From Planctomycetota bacterium (GTDB lineage Bacteria > Planctomycetota > GCA-002687715 > CAIWVZ01), in the NCBI GenBank assembly GCA_044222185.1, contig JBGANV010000007.1, forward strand, positions 32,001 to 96,000: 64,000 nt of DNA, in the 5' to 3' direction. The translations under genes and the position numbers were made by a program. Under the pieces are notes generated by a model, which saw nothing but the letters and a program-made list of their open reading frames with translations, ran no database searches and was not told the DNA's origin. Within the stretch, counting starts at the first letter, position 1; each line of letters starts with the position of its first letter. Shown one piece after another: positions 46,894 to 55,784 of the stretch.

Positions 46894-49026
46894 ATGACTT
46901 CGTCTTCGTCTGATGCTGAAGCAGCTCGGGGTGTTCGGCTGTTGTTCGCGGTGAGTCTGCTCGTCGTCGGAGTTCGCGCACAGTACGTGTGCTCTGCCGC
47001 CGAGTTCGGACCAAGCTCTCAGGATCCGATGGTCATCTCTGGCGCATGGACGATCGGACCAGGGTGCACTCTGAATTTCGGTCCGCGACACGTCATTCTG
47101 AGCCCGACCGCAAACCTTGCGATCAGCAACGCGACGATTTCATGCGCGAAATTCACGGCGCAGCCTGGAAGTCAAATCGTCGGGCTCGGCGCGACGCTGA
47201 ATCTGTCGACGACATCGTCGGGCCCGAACAATGGTGACGTCCGGCTGGATGGAACCGTCGACGTCCATGGACTTGCGGCGGGAGGATCCGTGGCCATCAA
47301 TGCGTCCGGCGCACTCACATCGAGTGGAAATGGGAACATCGACGCAAGCGCCACGGCAGCTGGTGGAAGCGGTGGAACGGTGTCATTGACGGCGGCGTCT
47401 GCAATATCGATAGCCGGTGCCGCGACATCGATTGATGTTGGGTGCACCGGTTCGCCATCAACGGGTGGAAGCCTCGCTATTCAATCGACTGGCGGTTCCG
47501 TCACTGTTTCTCGCGATCTGTCCGCAGCCGCAGTCGGTTTCAGTGGTGGTGCCGTGACGATCACCGCGTTCGGGGACATCTCGGTGGGCCCGGGTGCGAT
47601 CACCACGTCCAGCACTGCGTTCCAAACTAACCCGAGTTATTACACTGGAGTCGGTGGGCCTGTGGTACTCACCGCAGGTGGCCAGATCACGGTTGGTGGG
47701 TCGATAAGTGCGAGCGCATCCACCACCATATGGCCGTCGCCCTATTATCTTGCCGGGGCAGGTGGGAGCGTCACTCTGATCGCCGGAACCCACGTGCTAA
47801 TTACCCAGCCTGTCGAATCTCAGAACTTCAGTGCGATCGGACCCCCAGTTCCGCCGAGCACACTGAACATCACGGCGGGAGGAAACGTTACGATCGCGCA
47901 CAACTTGGATTTCTCGAGTCTGTGGGAATACGGACGCGGTGGGGCGATCGCGATCGCGGCAGGTGGCAACCTCGTCTTGATGACGGGAACCATCAGTGCC
48001 GCCGGAGGCGACTATCCTGGACAGAACGGGCCGGTGGGTTCCGCAAGCCTGTCGGGGAGCCAAGGGATCATTCTGCACGGGTCAATCGTGCTTCCCGGTG
48101 GCTACCTCCCGATGACCTCAGCGTTCGGATCAGTCACGCTGTTTGGGGGGATCAGTCTTCACCGCGCCGTAAGCGGACCGTCTCAGACGACCATCAATCA
48201 GAGCGGAACTCTGGAGGTGACTGCACATGGAGACATCACGCTATCGACCTACCTCGATCTTTCCGGAATTTTTGGTGGCCACCTTTACCTCACATCCGAT
48301 CGTGACGTGATCCTTACGCCGTCAGCGCACGTCAACGGCAATACGTTCTTCAGCTCCTACGACGGTGGAGGCTCGGGCGTTCGTGTGGGGCTGAGAGGGT
48401 GCCGTGTGACCGTACAGCCGGGTGCGACGCTCGTCGCAACGATCAATCCTACATATTACAGCTACTACTATTCGGAGATCGTGATGACTGCGGGAGATCT
48501 GCTCACGATGGGCGGCGCCATCACCACGAACTCTCTCGCACCGGTGTTCACGACGAGGTTGGCGTCAGCCTCGATCACGGGGACGATTTCAAGCGGGCCC
48601 GTCGTGCCTATCGTTGACCCAACTCTTGCCCCCTGCCTTGCCTCGGACCTCGCAACACTCACGGCTCCGGCGACGGTGTCGTTGGGCGGCGGTCTCACCG
48701 TGTCGGCCACCGGCCCCCCTTCGCGCCCACTCATCGTTGCGGTCGACACGCAGATCACGCACCTGTCGCTCGGAGGCTTGCTCGGGTGGACCCAGGTGAG
48801 CTTTTTGAATCCCACGCACTTCTTTCTTGCGGATCTCGGTGCATTCGGATCACCGATTGCGGGATCGACGACGGATGGCAATGGCGCATGGTCGTACTCG
48901 ACCACGATTCCGAACGTTCCCTCACTCCACGGGCTGGACGTCTTCATCGAGGCGTACATCCTCGATGCATCAGCACGCAACGGTGTGTTCCACCAACCTC
49001 CGTACAAGTCCGTGCATCTGAACTGA
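46894..49026 (+). CDS. Secreted Gly/Ser/Thr-rich beta-helix/adhesin-like protein with C-terminal putative sorting domain
   Basis: GGAGG then ATG 46894; signal VRA|Q; repeated GGxVxLxAGGxIxI units; CTD ...TDGNGAWSYSTTIPNVPSLHGLDVFIEAYILD; many A/T-ending codons. Confidence 0.8.
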   Translation: MTSSSSDAEAARGVRLLFAVSLLVVGVRAQYVCSAAEFGPSSQDPMVISGAWTIGPGCTLNFGPRHVILSPTANLAISNATISCAKFTAQPGSQIVGLGATLNLSTTSSGPNNGDVRLDGTVDVHGLAAGGSVAINASGALTSSGNGNIDASATAAGGSGGTVSLTAASAISIAGAATSIDVGCTGSPSTGGSLAIQSTGGSVTVSRDLSAAAVGFSGGAVTITAFGDISVGPGAITTSSTAFQTNPSYYTGVGGPVVLTAGGQITVGGSISASASTTIWPSPYYLAGAGGSVTLIAGTHVLITQPVESQNFSAIGPPVPPSTLNITAGGNVTIAHNLDFSSLWEYGRGGAIAIAAGGNLVLMTGTISAAGGDYPGQNGPVGSASLSGSQGIILHGSIVLPGGYLPMTSAFGSVTLFGGISLHRAVSGPSQTTINQSGTLEVTAHGDITLSTYLDLSGIFGGHLYLTSDRDVILTPSAHVNGNTFFSSYDGGGSGVRVGLRGCRVTVQPGATLVATINPTYYSYYYSEIVMTAGDLLTMGGAITTNSLAPVFTTRLASASITGTISSGPVVPIVDPTLAPCLASDLATLTAPATVSLGGGLTVSATGPPSRPLIVAVDTQITHLSLGGLLGWTQVSFLNPTHFFLADLGAFGSPIAGSTTDGNGAWSYSTTIPNVPSLHGLDVFIEAYILDASARNGVFHQPPYKSVHLN

Positions 49027-49181
49027 TTTGCCGAGAGCGGGGGTGTCTCCGCTGACGGTGACAATCCAAAGGTGCGGGCCTCGAGCCTCAGAGGGTGCCG
49101 ACGAGCGGCCCGTTCGGGGCGCTCGAACAGCAACGCTGGTGGATTGTCGTGCAACGCCCTGCGTTGGGGTCGCAGGCTGCC

Positions 49182-49617
49182 TCAGGAACGACGGGATTCG
49201 GGTCGGAAAGCCCAGCGATGTTGCGAAGGCGGGACGTTCGCCGGACGGCATGCTCGATGACGCGCCGGAAGAGGTGGACGCACTTCGACAGCGTCGAAGC
49301 GCCGAATCTTCTTCCTGCCAACGTCCCGGTCACCGACGCCCTCCTCCGGTCCGCCAACGTAGGTTTCGTCTCCCTGCATGAAGCCCTTCAGCGGCTCGAG
49401 GTCCTTCCGCACGAGGACGTCGCGGATCTTCTGCAGCCACATCCGGCCCGTTGCGTAGGTCGACTCGCGCAGGCGGGGGATGTCATTCGCGTTGCGCCCG
49501 TCCTTTCTGCGCGCGAACTCAAACACGGCGCGGAACCACCTTCGCAGAGGCTCCCGGGCGCCGTGGAACAACGTCCCAGCGGTGACCGATGCTTGGTGCG
49601 TGCAGCCAGAGCACTCC
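49182..49617 (-). mobile_element. Degenerate IS1595-family transposase remnant
   Basis: ECSGCTHQASVTAGTLFHGAREPLRRWFRA...TYATGRMWLQKIR...LKGFMQGDETYVGG...AVEV matches the IS1595 Zn-ribbon/HTH and first catalytic Asp; truncated at both ends. Confidence 0.8.
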
Positions 49618-49790
49618 TCGGGCTGGAGTGCGTCGTGTGGCTGTCCTACGCATCCGCCTTCGAGTTCTACGCTGCTCTCGTGTCGATCGTCCCCGGCAAT
49701 GCGTATCCCGAAACGTCTGCCGACCGAGCGTTGGGGGCTTTGGCCGCGCGCCCACTATCGATCAAGGCGTCTGATCCTCGCTCCGAACCT

Positions 49791-50891
49791 TCACATCACC
49801 ACCACCCCGCGCGCCAGATCGCCTGTCAGCAGATCGGCGTAGGCGCGGTTGATGTCGCCGAGGGCGTAGCGGCGCGTGACGAGGCGATCGAGAGGAAGGC
49901 GACCGGCGATGAAATGAGCGGCATAGGCCGGGAAGTCGCGGTCGGCCTGGACGCTGCCGTAATAAGACCCGAGGATGCTCTTCTCCTCGCGAACGATCAG
50001 GGATGACGGGAAACTCGTGTTGCTTCCCATGGGCGACAATCCCACGAGCACGAGCCGTCCACCGGGTCGCACGGCCTGAAACGATTGCTCCTGAACGGCG
50101 GGCGAGCCCACGGCCTCGAACACGACGTCGGCGCCGCGACCATCGGTCAACCGGCGAATCGCCGTTGCAGCGTCGGGCCCCGCGGGAACCGCGTCGGTTG
50201 CACCGAAATCGCGGACCATGGCGAGCTTCGCCGGGGACTTGTCGACGACGATGACCTGCCGCGCATCGGAGAGTCGCGCGCCGAGGACGACGCTCAACCC
50301 CACGCCGCCCGCGCCGAAGACGGCGACGCTCTCGCCGGGAGAGACTCGCGCGGTGTTGAGGGCTGCGCCCACACCCGTCGCGACGGCACACCCGAGAAGC
50401 GCCGCGACCTCGAACGGAATCTCCGTGCGAATGGGAATGCAGCACAACTCGGGAACGACCGTCCGCTCGGCGAAACACCCAAGTCCGCAGTAGGTGAACA
50501 CGGGATGACCATCGCGGGAGAATCGCGCGGTGCCGTCGAGCATCGTTCCGGCCCAGAGCGGACCGACGTAGGTCGAGCACAGCGCCGGGCGTCCCCGCTC
50601 GCAGTAGAAGCACTCACCGCACGCCGGAGCCCAGTTCAAGACGACGTGGTCGCCGACCTGGACGCGCGTGACGTCAGCGCCGACGGCCTCGACGACGCCT
50701 GCTCCCTCGTGCCCAAGGACGGCAGGCAATACGTGCTGAGTATCCCCCGTCACGAGGTGCCAGTCGGAGTGGCAGACGCCGGTCGCATGCACGCGCACGA
50801 GCACTTCGCCCCGCTTCGGAGGTCCCAGTTCCAGTGTTTCCACCGAAATCAGCGTTCCGACCCGGTTCAGAACGGCAGCTTGGGTTTTCAT
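49791..50891 (-). CDS. Zn-dependent alcohol dehydrogenase (MDR, class III-like)
   Basis: GVCHSD, LGHEGAGVV, CGECFYCERGRPALC, GCAVATGVGA, GAGGVG. Confidence 0.93.
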   Translation of the reverse strand: MKTQAAVLNRVGTLISVETLELGPPKRGEVLVRVHATGVCHSDWHLVTGDTQHVLPAVLGHEGAGVVEAVGADVTRVQVGDHVVLNWAPACGECFYCERGRPALCSTYVGPLWAGTMLDGTARFSRDGHPVFTYCGLGCFAERTVVPELCCIPIRTEIPFEVAALLGCAVATGVGAALNTARVSPGESVAVFGAGGVGLSVVLGARLSDARQVIVVDKSPAKLAMVRDFGATDAVPAGPDAATAIRRLTDGRGADVVFEAVGSPAVQEQSFQAVRPGGRLVLVGLSPMGSNTSFPSSLIVREEKSILGSYYGSVQADRDFPAYAAHFIAGRLPLDRLVTRRYALGDINRAYADLLTGDLARGVVVM

Positions 50892-50983
50892 GGGAGGTGC
50901 GCGCCATCGTACAGGGACATCGCGCGGCTGAAACACCTTCCTTCGTCTCGCGCTCCGTCCTGCACACGGATATCCTCCGGCCC

Positions 50984-52516
50984 ATGGAAATGATCGACTG
51001 GGTCGTGCTCTTCGGATACGCAGCGATGATCATCGCGATCGGGCTGCGCGCATCGCGGGGAGTCACGACGGCTGAGGGCCACCTCCGCGCCAACCGGAGC
51101 CTGCCGGCGTGGGCCGTGGTCTTCTCCGTGCTCGCCACAGAGATCTCGGCCGCCACCTACATCGGCGTCCCTGAGACGGGCTTCAAGTCCAACTGGAATT
51201 ACATGCAGTTCGCCATTGGCGCGCTGCTGGGCAAGGCCGTGCTTTCCAAGTGGTTCATCCGGCTGTATTGGCGGTTGAACTTGACCACGGTCTACGGGCT
51301 GCTGGGTCAGAGGATCGGGCCCGGAATACAGAAGGCGTCAGCTTGGGCCTTCCTCGCGGGGCGACTGGTTGCTTCGGGCGTACGGCTCTTCATCGCGGCC
51401 CTCGCATTCAACGTCGTGACGGGAATCGACCTGACCGTCGCCATCGTCTGTGTCGCAGCGATCGCCACGCTCTACACATTCATCGGCGGCCTCAAGGCCG
51501 TCGTCTGGACGGACGTCTGTCAGGGAATCGTGTTCTCGATCGGTGCGGCGACAGCCATCGGTGTCGGTCTTTGGAAGTTGAACACGCCGATAGGCGATCT
51601 CGTGCGCGCCGCGTCGGAAGCCGGCAAATTCCAGTTCATCACGTTCGACTCCGGCGAAGCGAGCTGGCTGACATCGTTGAAGCCACTTCCCGTCGCCATC
51701 CTCGGTGGGTTCTTCCTCGTCTTGGCGACTCACGGGACGGATCAGGAGAACGTTCAGCAACTGCTCGGAACGAAGAGTGAGAAGGCGTCGGGCCGCAGCA
51801 TCCTGGCGTCGGGGCTCGTGACGTTCCCCATCGTGGCGCTGTTCCTCTCCGTCGGGACGATGTTGTGGGCCTTCCACCGCAAGTTCCCGCCGACGGCCTA
51901 TTCCGCCTCCGACACCGCGCGGATCTTCCCCAACTTCATCTATCACGAGTTGCCCATGGGGATACGCGGCGTGGTCTTCGCCGGGCTCTTCGCGGCCGCG
52001 ATCTCGAGCCTCGGCGCCACCGTCAACGCGGCGACGACGGCCTGGATGAGCGACGTCAATCCCAAGTCCGAGGCCGAATCCGCCAAGTTCCGGCGGATCC
52101 GCCTCCTGACCTGCGTGTTCGGGGCGCTTCTCGCGCTCATCGCATTGTTCTTCGCGTGGTACGCCAAGGACTCACGCGATGACCTCGTGCAGATCGCCCT
52201 CGGTGCGATGACGATCCTCTATGGCGGAATCCTGGGCGTCTTCCTTTCGGCGCTCCTCTTCCGCACGCGCGGCAGCGACGCGTCGACGCTTGCCGGACTC
52301 TGTGCCGGCGTCGCCTGCGGAGCGCTCCTCTTCTTCCACCGCCAGATACTCAACGGCGTCGGACCGAAGTTCCTCCCGTCGTTCCAGGAGCTGAAGGATC
52401 CGCTGCTGGTCTGGCCCTATTTCATTCCGATCTCGGCGACCGTCACGCTCGCCGTCGCCGCACTGGGAACGCGTAACCCCTCGATCGGCCAGGAGCCCCC
52501 ACGTGTCGCAGCTTGA
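50984..52516 (+). CDS. Sodium:solute symporter (SSS family)
   Basis: ANRSLPAWAVVFSVLATEISAATYIGVP, GGLKAVVWTD, HGTDQENVQ, FAAAISS. Confidence 0.92.
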   Translation: MEMIDWVVLFGYAAMIIAIGLRASRGVTTAEGHLRANRSLPAWAVVFSVLATEISAATYIGVPETGFKSNWNYMQFAIGALLGKAVLSKWFIRLYWRLNLTTVYGLLGQRIGPGIQKASAWAFLAGRLVASGVRLFIAALAFNVVTGIDLTVAIVCVAAIATLYTFIGGLKAVVWTDVCQGIVFSIGAATAIGVGLWKLNTPIGDLVRAASEAGKFQFITFDSGEASWLTSLKPLPVAILGGFFLVLATHGTDQENVQQLLGTKSEKASGRSILASGLVTFPIVALFLSVGTMLWAFHRKFPPTAYSASDTARIFPNFIYHELPMGIRGVVFAGLFAAAISSLGATVNAATTAWMSDVNPKSEAESAKFRRIRLLTCVFGALLALIALFFAWYAKDSRDDLVQIALGAMTILYGGILGVFLSALLFRTRGSDASTLAGLCAGVACGALLFFHRQILNGVGPKFLPSFQELKDPLLVWPYFIPISATVTLAVAALGTRNPSIGQEPPRVAA

Positions 52517-54059
52517 TCTCGTCGCGCTTGCCGGTCGTCGGATCTGGCTCGGCATCCCAGGACTCACGCTCGACGACGCGACCAAGCGCGTCCTCGACGA
52601 CGTCCGCCCGGGCGGTGTCGTGCTGTTCCGTCGCAACGTGCAGTCGATCGATCAGGTGACGGCGCTCTGTCGTGCGTTGAAGGCGCAGCTCGGCCCGCAG
52701 CTTCTGATCTCCGTCGATCAGGAGCATGGCCTCGTTCTTCGCCTCGATCGCGAACTCACGGTGTTCCCCGGCAACATGGCGCTCGGTGCCGCCGGCGTCC
52801 GGGAGCCCTCGCTTGCCGAGCACCTCGCGCAAGAACAGGGCAGGCGCTCGGCTGCCGAACTGCGGGCCGTCGGCATCGACATCAACCTCGCGCCGGTTTG
52901 CGATCTCGCGACCCGAGGTGACAACCCGGGGTTGGGAGTCCGGTCCGTCTCCGGGTTCGCCACGCTCGCATCGAGAGTGGTGGCCGCGATCGTGCGCGGC
53001 CAGAGCGAAGGCGGAGTGTTGTCGACCCTGAAGCATTTCCCCGGCCTCGGCGACGCCGCGATCGACTCCCACCTGGATCTGCCTGCGGCCATCGCAGGCG
53101 ACCTCGACGTCGTCCTGGCACCCTTCGTCGCAGGAATCGCCGCGGGAGCCGAGATCGCGATGACGACCCACGTCTACTTCCGCGACCTGGACGACGGCGT
53201 GCCGGCCACGTTCTCGCGCGTCATCGCTCGCGACCTCCTGCGAGGGCGGCTCGGGTTCCGTGGAGCGCTCATGACCGACGATCTGGAAATGGGCGCGATG
53301 ACTCGGCGCTTCGGGTACGACGAAGTGATCCGGCGGGCGTGCGCCGCGGGCCACGACGTGCTCTCCATCTGCCATGACGCGGAGAAGCAGCGTCGTGCGC
53401 ACGAGCTGCTTCGTCAGGCGTACGCCGCCGGTGAAGCGTGGGCCGGTGATCCCGTGGAGACGACAGAGCACCTGGATGCGTTGCGCGTGCCCGCGACCGC
53501 GCCGGTTCCTGACCGCCGCGCCGCGGCCGATCTCGCGCGCGCGATCGCGGGGCGCGCCGTCACGGTCGTTCGCGACCCGTGCGGCCTCATCCCTCTCGAC
53601 GCCACGCAGCCCGTCTACTTCGTCGGCACGATCGTGCGAGGCGAGACCCAGGCCGAGGATCCGCTCCGGGGCGAACCCCTGGACGTACTCCTCGGCGGGT
53701 TGCCGGCCGGATCCAAGGTCGAGATCCTTCCGGCGCCGCCGACGCCGGCTGACCGGGCGCGCATCGTCGCGGCCGCGACCACCTTCGGGCGGGTCCTGAT
53801 CGGGACGACACTTGCCCGGTTCAACGCCCTCGAGCGCGATCTGGTGCTGGATCTCGCTGGGGCGCATCGCGGCGCCGTCGTACTTGCCCTCCGCAACCCC
53901 TTCGATCTGGACGTCGTCCCGGCGAATCTCCCCGCCGCGCTGGTGACGGCCTTCGGGTTCCGACCCGTCCATCAGGAAGCGCTTCTTTCCGTCCTGTTCG
54001 GCCGGGTTCAGCCCTACGGTCGCCTCCCGGTCGAGTCCAGGCCGATCCCGCGCGCTTGA
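52503..54059 (+). CDS. nagZ: Beta-N-acetylhexosaminidase (GH3, two-domain)
   Basis: GGVVLFRRN, SVDQEHG, NLAPVCD, KHFPGLGDAAIDSH, LGFRGALMTDDLEM, LRNPFD. Confidence 0.88.
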   Translation: MSQLDLVALAGRRIWLGIPGLTLDDATKRVLDDVRPGGVVLFRRNVQSIDQVTALCRALKAQLGPQLLISVDQEHGLVLRLDRELTVFPGNMALGAAGVREPSLAEHLAQEQGRRSAAELRAVGIDINLAPVCDLATRGDNPGLGVRSVSGFATLASRVVAAIVRGQSEGGVLSTLKHFPGLGDAAIDSHLDLPAAIAGDLDVVLAPFVAGIAAGAEIAMTTHVYFRDLDDGVPATFSRVIARDLLRGRLGFRGALMTDDLEMGAMTRRFGYDEVIRRACAAGHDVLSICHDAEKQRRAHELLRQAYAAGEAWAGDPVETTEHLDALRVPATAPVPDRRAAADLARAIAGRAVTVVRDPCGLIPLDATQPVYFVGTIVRGETQAEDPLRGEPLDVLLGGLPAGSKVEILPAPPTPADRARIVAAATTFGRVLIGTTLARFNALERDLVLDLAGAHRGAVVLALRNPFDLDVVPANLPAALVTAFGFRPVHQEALLSVLFGRVQPYGRLPVESRPIPRA

Positions 54060-54103
54060 TTCTCCGGAGGGTTGCCGCGCATCATCACGGCTCGGAGGCG
54101 AGA

Positions 54104-55381
54104 ATGACCATGCGAGTCGTGTCCCTGATCGCGTTCGTGTTGTTTGCGGGCGTGACCGTCGTCGCGCAAGAGAGCAAGCCCGCCACCGATCCCAACCTCT
54201 TCGTGGCCGGCACGGTCTACGACGGCCAGGGGAACGGCGTCAACCGCGCGAAGATCATCGTGAAGGTGAAGGCCCAGGGTGGCGGCGACAACGCATGGGA
54301 CGAGCTGGATTTCCACCAGGAGATCTACTCGGACTTCATCGGCCGCTTCGCCATCCACGCGCGCATGCCCAGCGATGAGTACGCGATCGTCGCCCAGAAG
54401 GAGGACTACACGTCGGACGACCTCGTGCCGTTCAAGGCCGGGGCCGCCAACGTCCGCGTCACGGTCTACGCCGCGGGAGCGCTCGGCGGGAACGTCCTCG
54501 TCGATCCCAGCGTCTTCCCGTCGTCGATCACGGTCGAGGTCCGACCCGACGTCCCGACGAACAAGCTCCCGACGGACGACCGAGACGAAGTGACCATCGG
54601 GCATCCCGGGAGCGACGGCAAGTTCAAGATCACGCCGCTGAAGGCGGGGAAGTACGAGGTCACCATCTACGTCGGCGATCGCGAGGTCCTCGCCCATGCC
54701 GTGCCCGTGAGCGTGCGAACGGGCGAGACTTGCGTCGACGTGCGACTGAAGGACCTCGACCTGCGGGCCAAGCTCCGCAACGTGCGCGTGACGGTCACGG
54801 ACACGAAGGGCGAGCCGATCAAGACGGCCAAGTGCATCGTCCTTCCTCCGTTCGGCACCCACACGACGTCCAACGAGGTCTTCACGGCATCCAATGGCGT
54901 GATTTCCGTGATGCTGAAGGCGCCGGGATGCACGTTGATGGTGGCGGCCGCCGGCTACGCGCCGATGAAGTTCAAGGATCCGAAGGCCGACCTCACGTTG
55001 AAGTTGAAGCCCGGCATCGGCGTCAGGCTGAAGCTCGGGAACGGCGTCAGGGTCCCGGGTGAGCCGAAGCGCGTCACGGCCGCGTTGCTCACGGACCAGG
55101 AGATGAAGGATCCCGAAACCGAGGCCCGCCGCGCGCTCGGCATCCAGACGAGCCCCGATCCTGCGACGTTCGACGAGAACGGCGAAACGACGGTGTGGGT
55201 GGCCGATCCCGGCCGCTACACGATCCTCATCACCGCCGGCATCAAGAAGGAGAAGGTGATCTCGGCTGTGACCGTCCCCCTGAAGGACGCCGAGATCTCC
55301 ATCAGCAAGGACGAACCGAAGCCGTTCGTCGTGGCACTCTCCGGCGACGCGCTCGCCGACGCGTTCAAGCGTCTCGAGTAG
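54104..55381 (+). CDS. Exported protein with carboxypeptidase-regulatory-like (transthyretin-fold) repeats
   Basis: GGAGG SD; signal VVA|Q; VAGTVYDGQG, SDGKFKITPLKAGKYEV, VTVTDTKGEPI. Confidence 0.75.
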   Translation: MTMRVVSLIAFVLFAGVTVVAQESKPATDPNLFVAGTVYDGQGNGVNRAKIIVKVKAQGGGDNAWDELDFHQEIYSDFIGRFAIHARMPSDEYAIVAQKEDYTSDDLVPFKAGAANVRVTVYAAGALGGNVLVDPSVFPSSITVEVRPDVPTNKLPTDDRDEVTIGHPGSDGKFKITPLKAGKYEVTIYVGDREVLAHAVPVSVRTGETCVDVRLKDLDLRAKLRNVRVTVTDTKGEPIKTAKCIVLPPFGTHTTSNEVFTASNGVISVMLKAPGCTLMVAAAGYAPMKFKDPKADLTLKLKPGIGVRLKLGNGVRVPGEPKRVTAALLTDQEMKDPETEARRALGIQTSPDPATFDENGETTVWVADPGRYTILITAGIKKEKVISAVTVPLKDAEISISKDEPKPFVVALSGDALADAFKRLE

Positions 55382-55784
55382 CGGCCGCGCGGGCGGCGCC
55401 GATCAGCCCCACGAGCAGCAACGCGCCGCCGACGGGCACCAGCACGATCCCGAGGGACGGGTCGCCCTCCGTGTTCAGGATCCCGCCCAACAGGAACCCC
55501 AGCGGCATGAGCGCGGCACCGGCGACGATCCATCGCGCGATGCGCCCGCGTCGTCCCGCGTCGGCCGTGATTTTTTCGCCGAGCGCCGCGAACACGAGGC
55601 ACAAGAGCCCCAGCAGATTCCCGTGTGCGTGAGCGAGCGTCCACATCTCGCGGCGCATGGTGCTGCCGAGATAGACGGGGACTTTCATGGCGTGCAGGGC
55701 TTCGAGCGTGAGGCCGAGGGGCAGAAAGACGGCCAGGAGAACCCAGCCCGCAACGAGGACACGTCGAATCGATGGGTCTTTCAT
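55365..55784 (-). CDS. Small 4-TM membrane protein with WTLAHAHG motif
   Basis: ATG 55784 overlaps the cytochrome stop (ATGA); four TMs; EALH and AHAH motifs. Confidence 0.8.
   Translation of the reverse strand: MKDPSIRRVLVAGWVLLAVFLPLGLTLEALHAMKVPVYLGSTMRREMWTLAHAHGNLLGLLCLVFAALGEKITADAGRRGRIARWIVAGAALMPLGFLLGGILNTEGDPSLGIVLVPVGGALLLVGLIGAARAAATRDA

Noticed and set aside
49095-50006. 303 aa plus-strand ORF
   Set aside because: Antisense to the IS1595 remnant and the ADH 3' end
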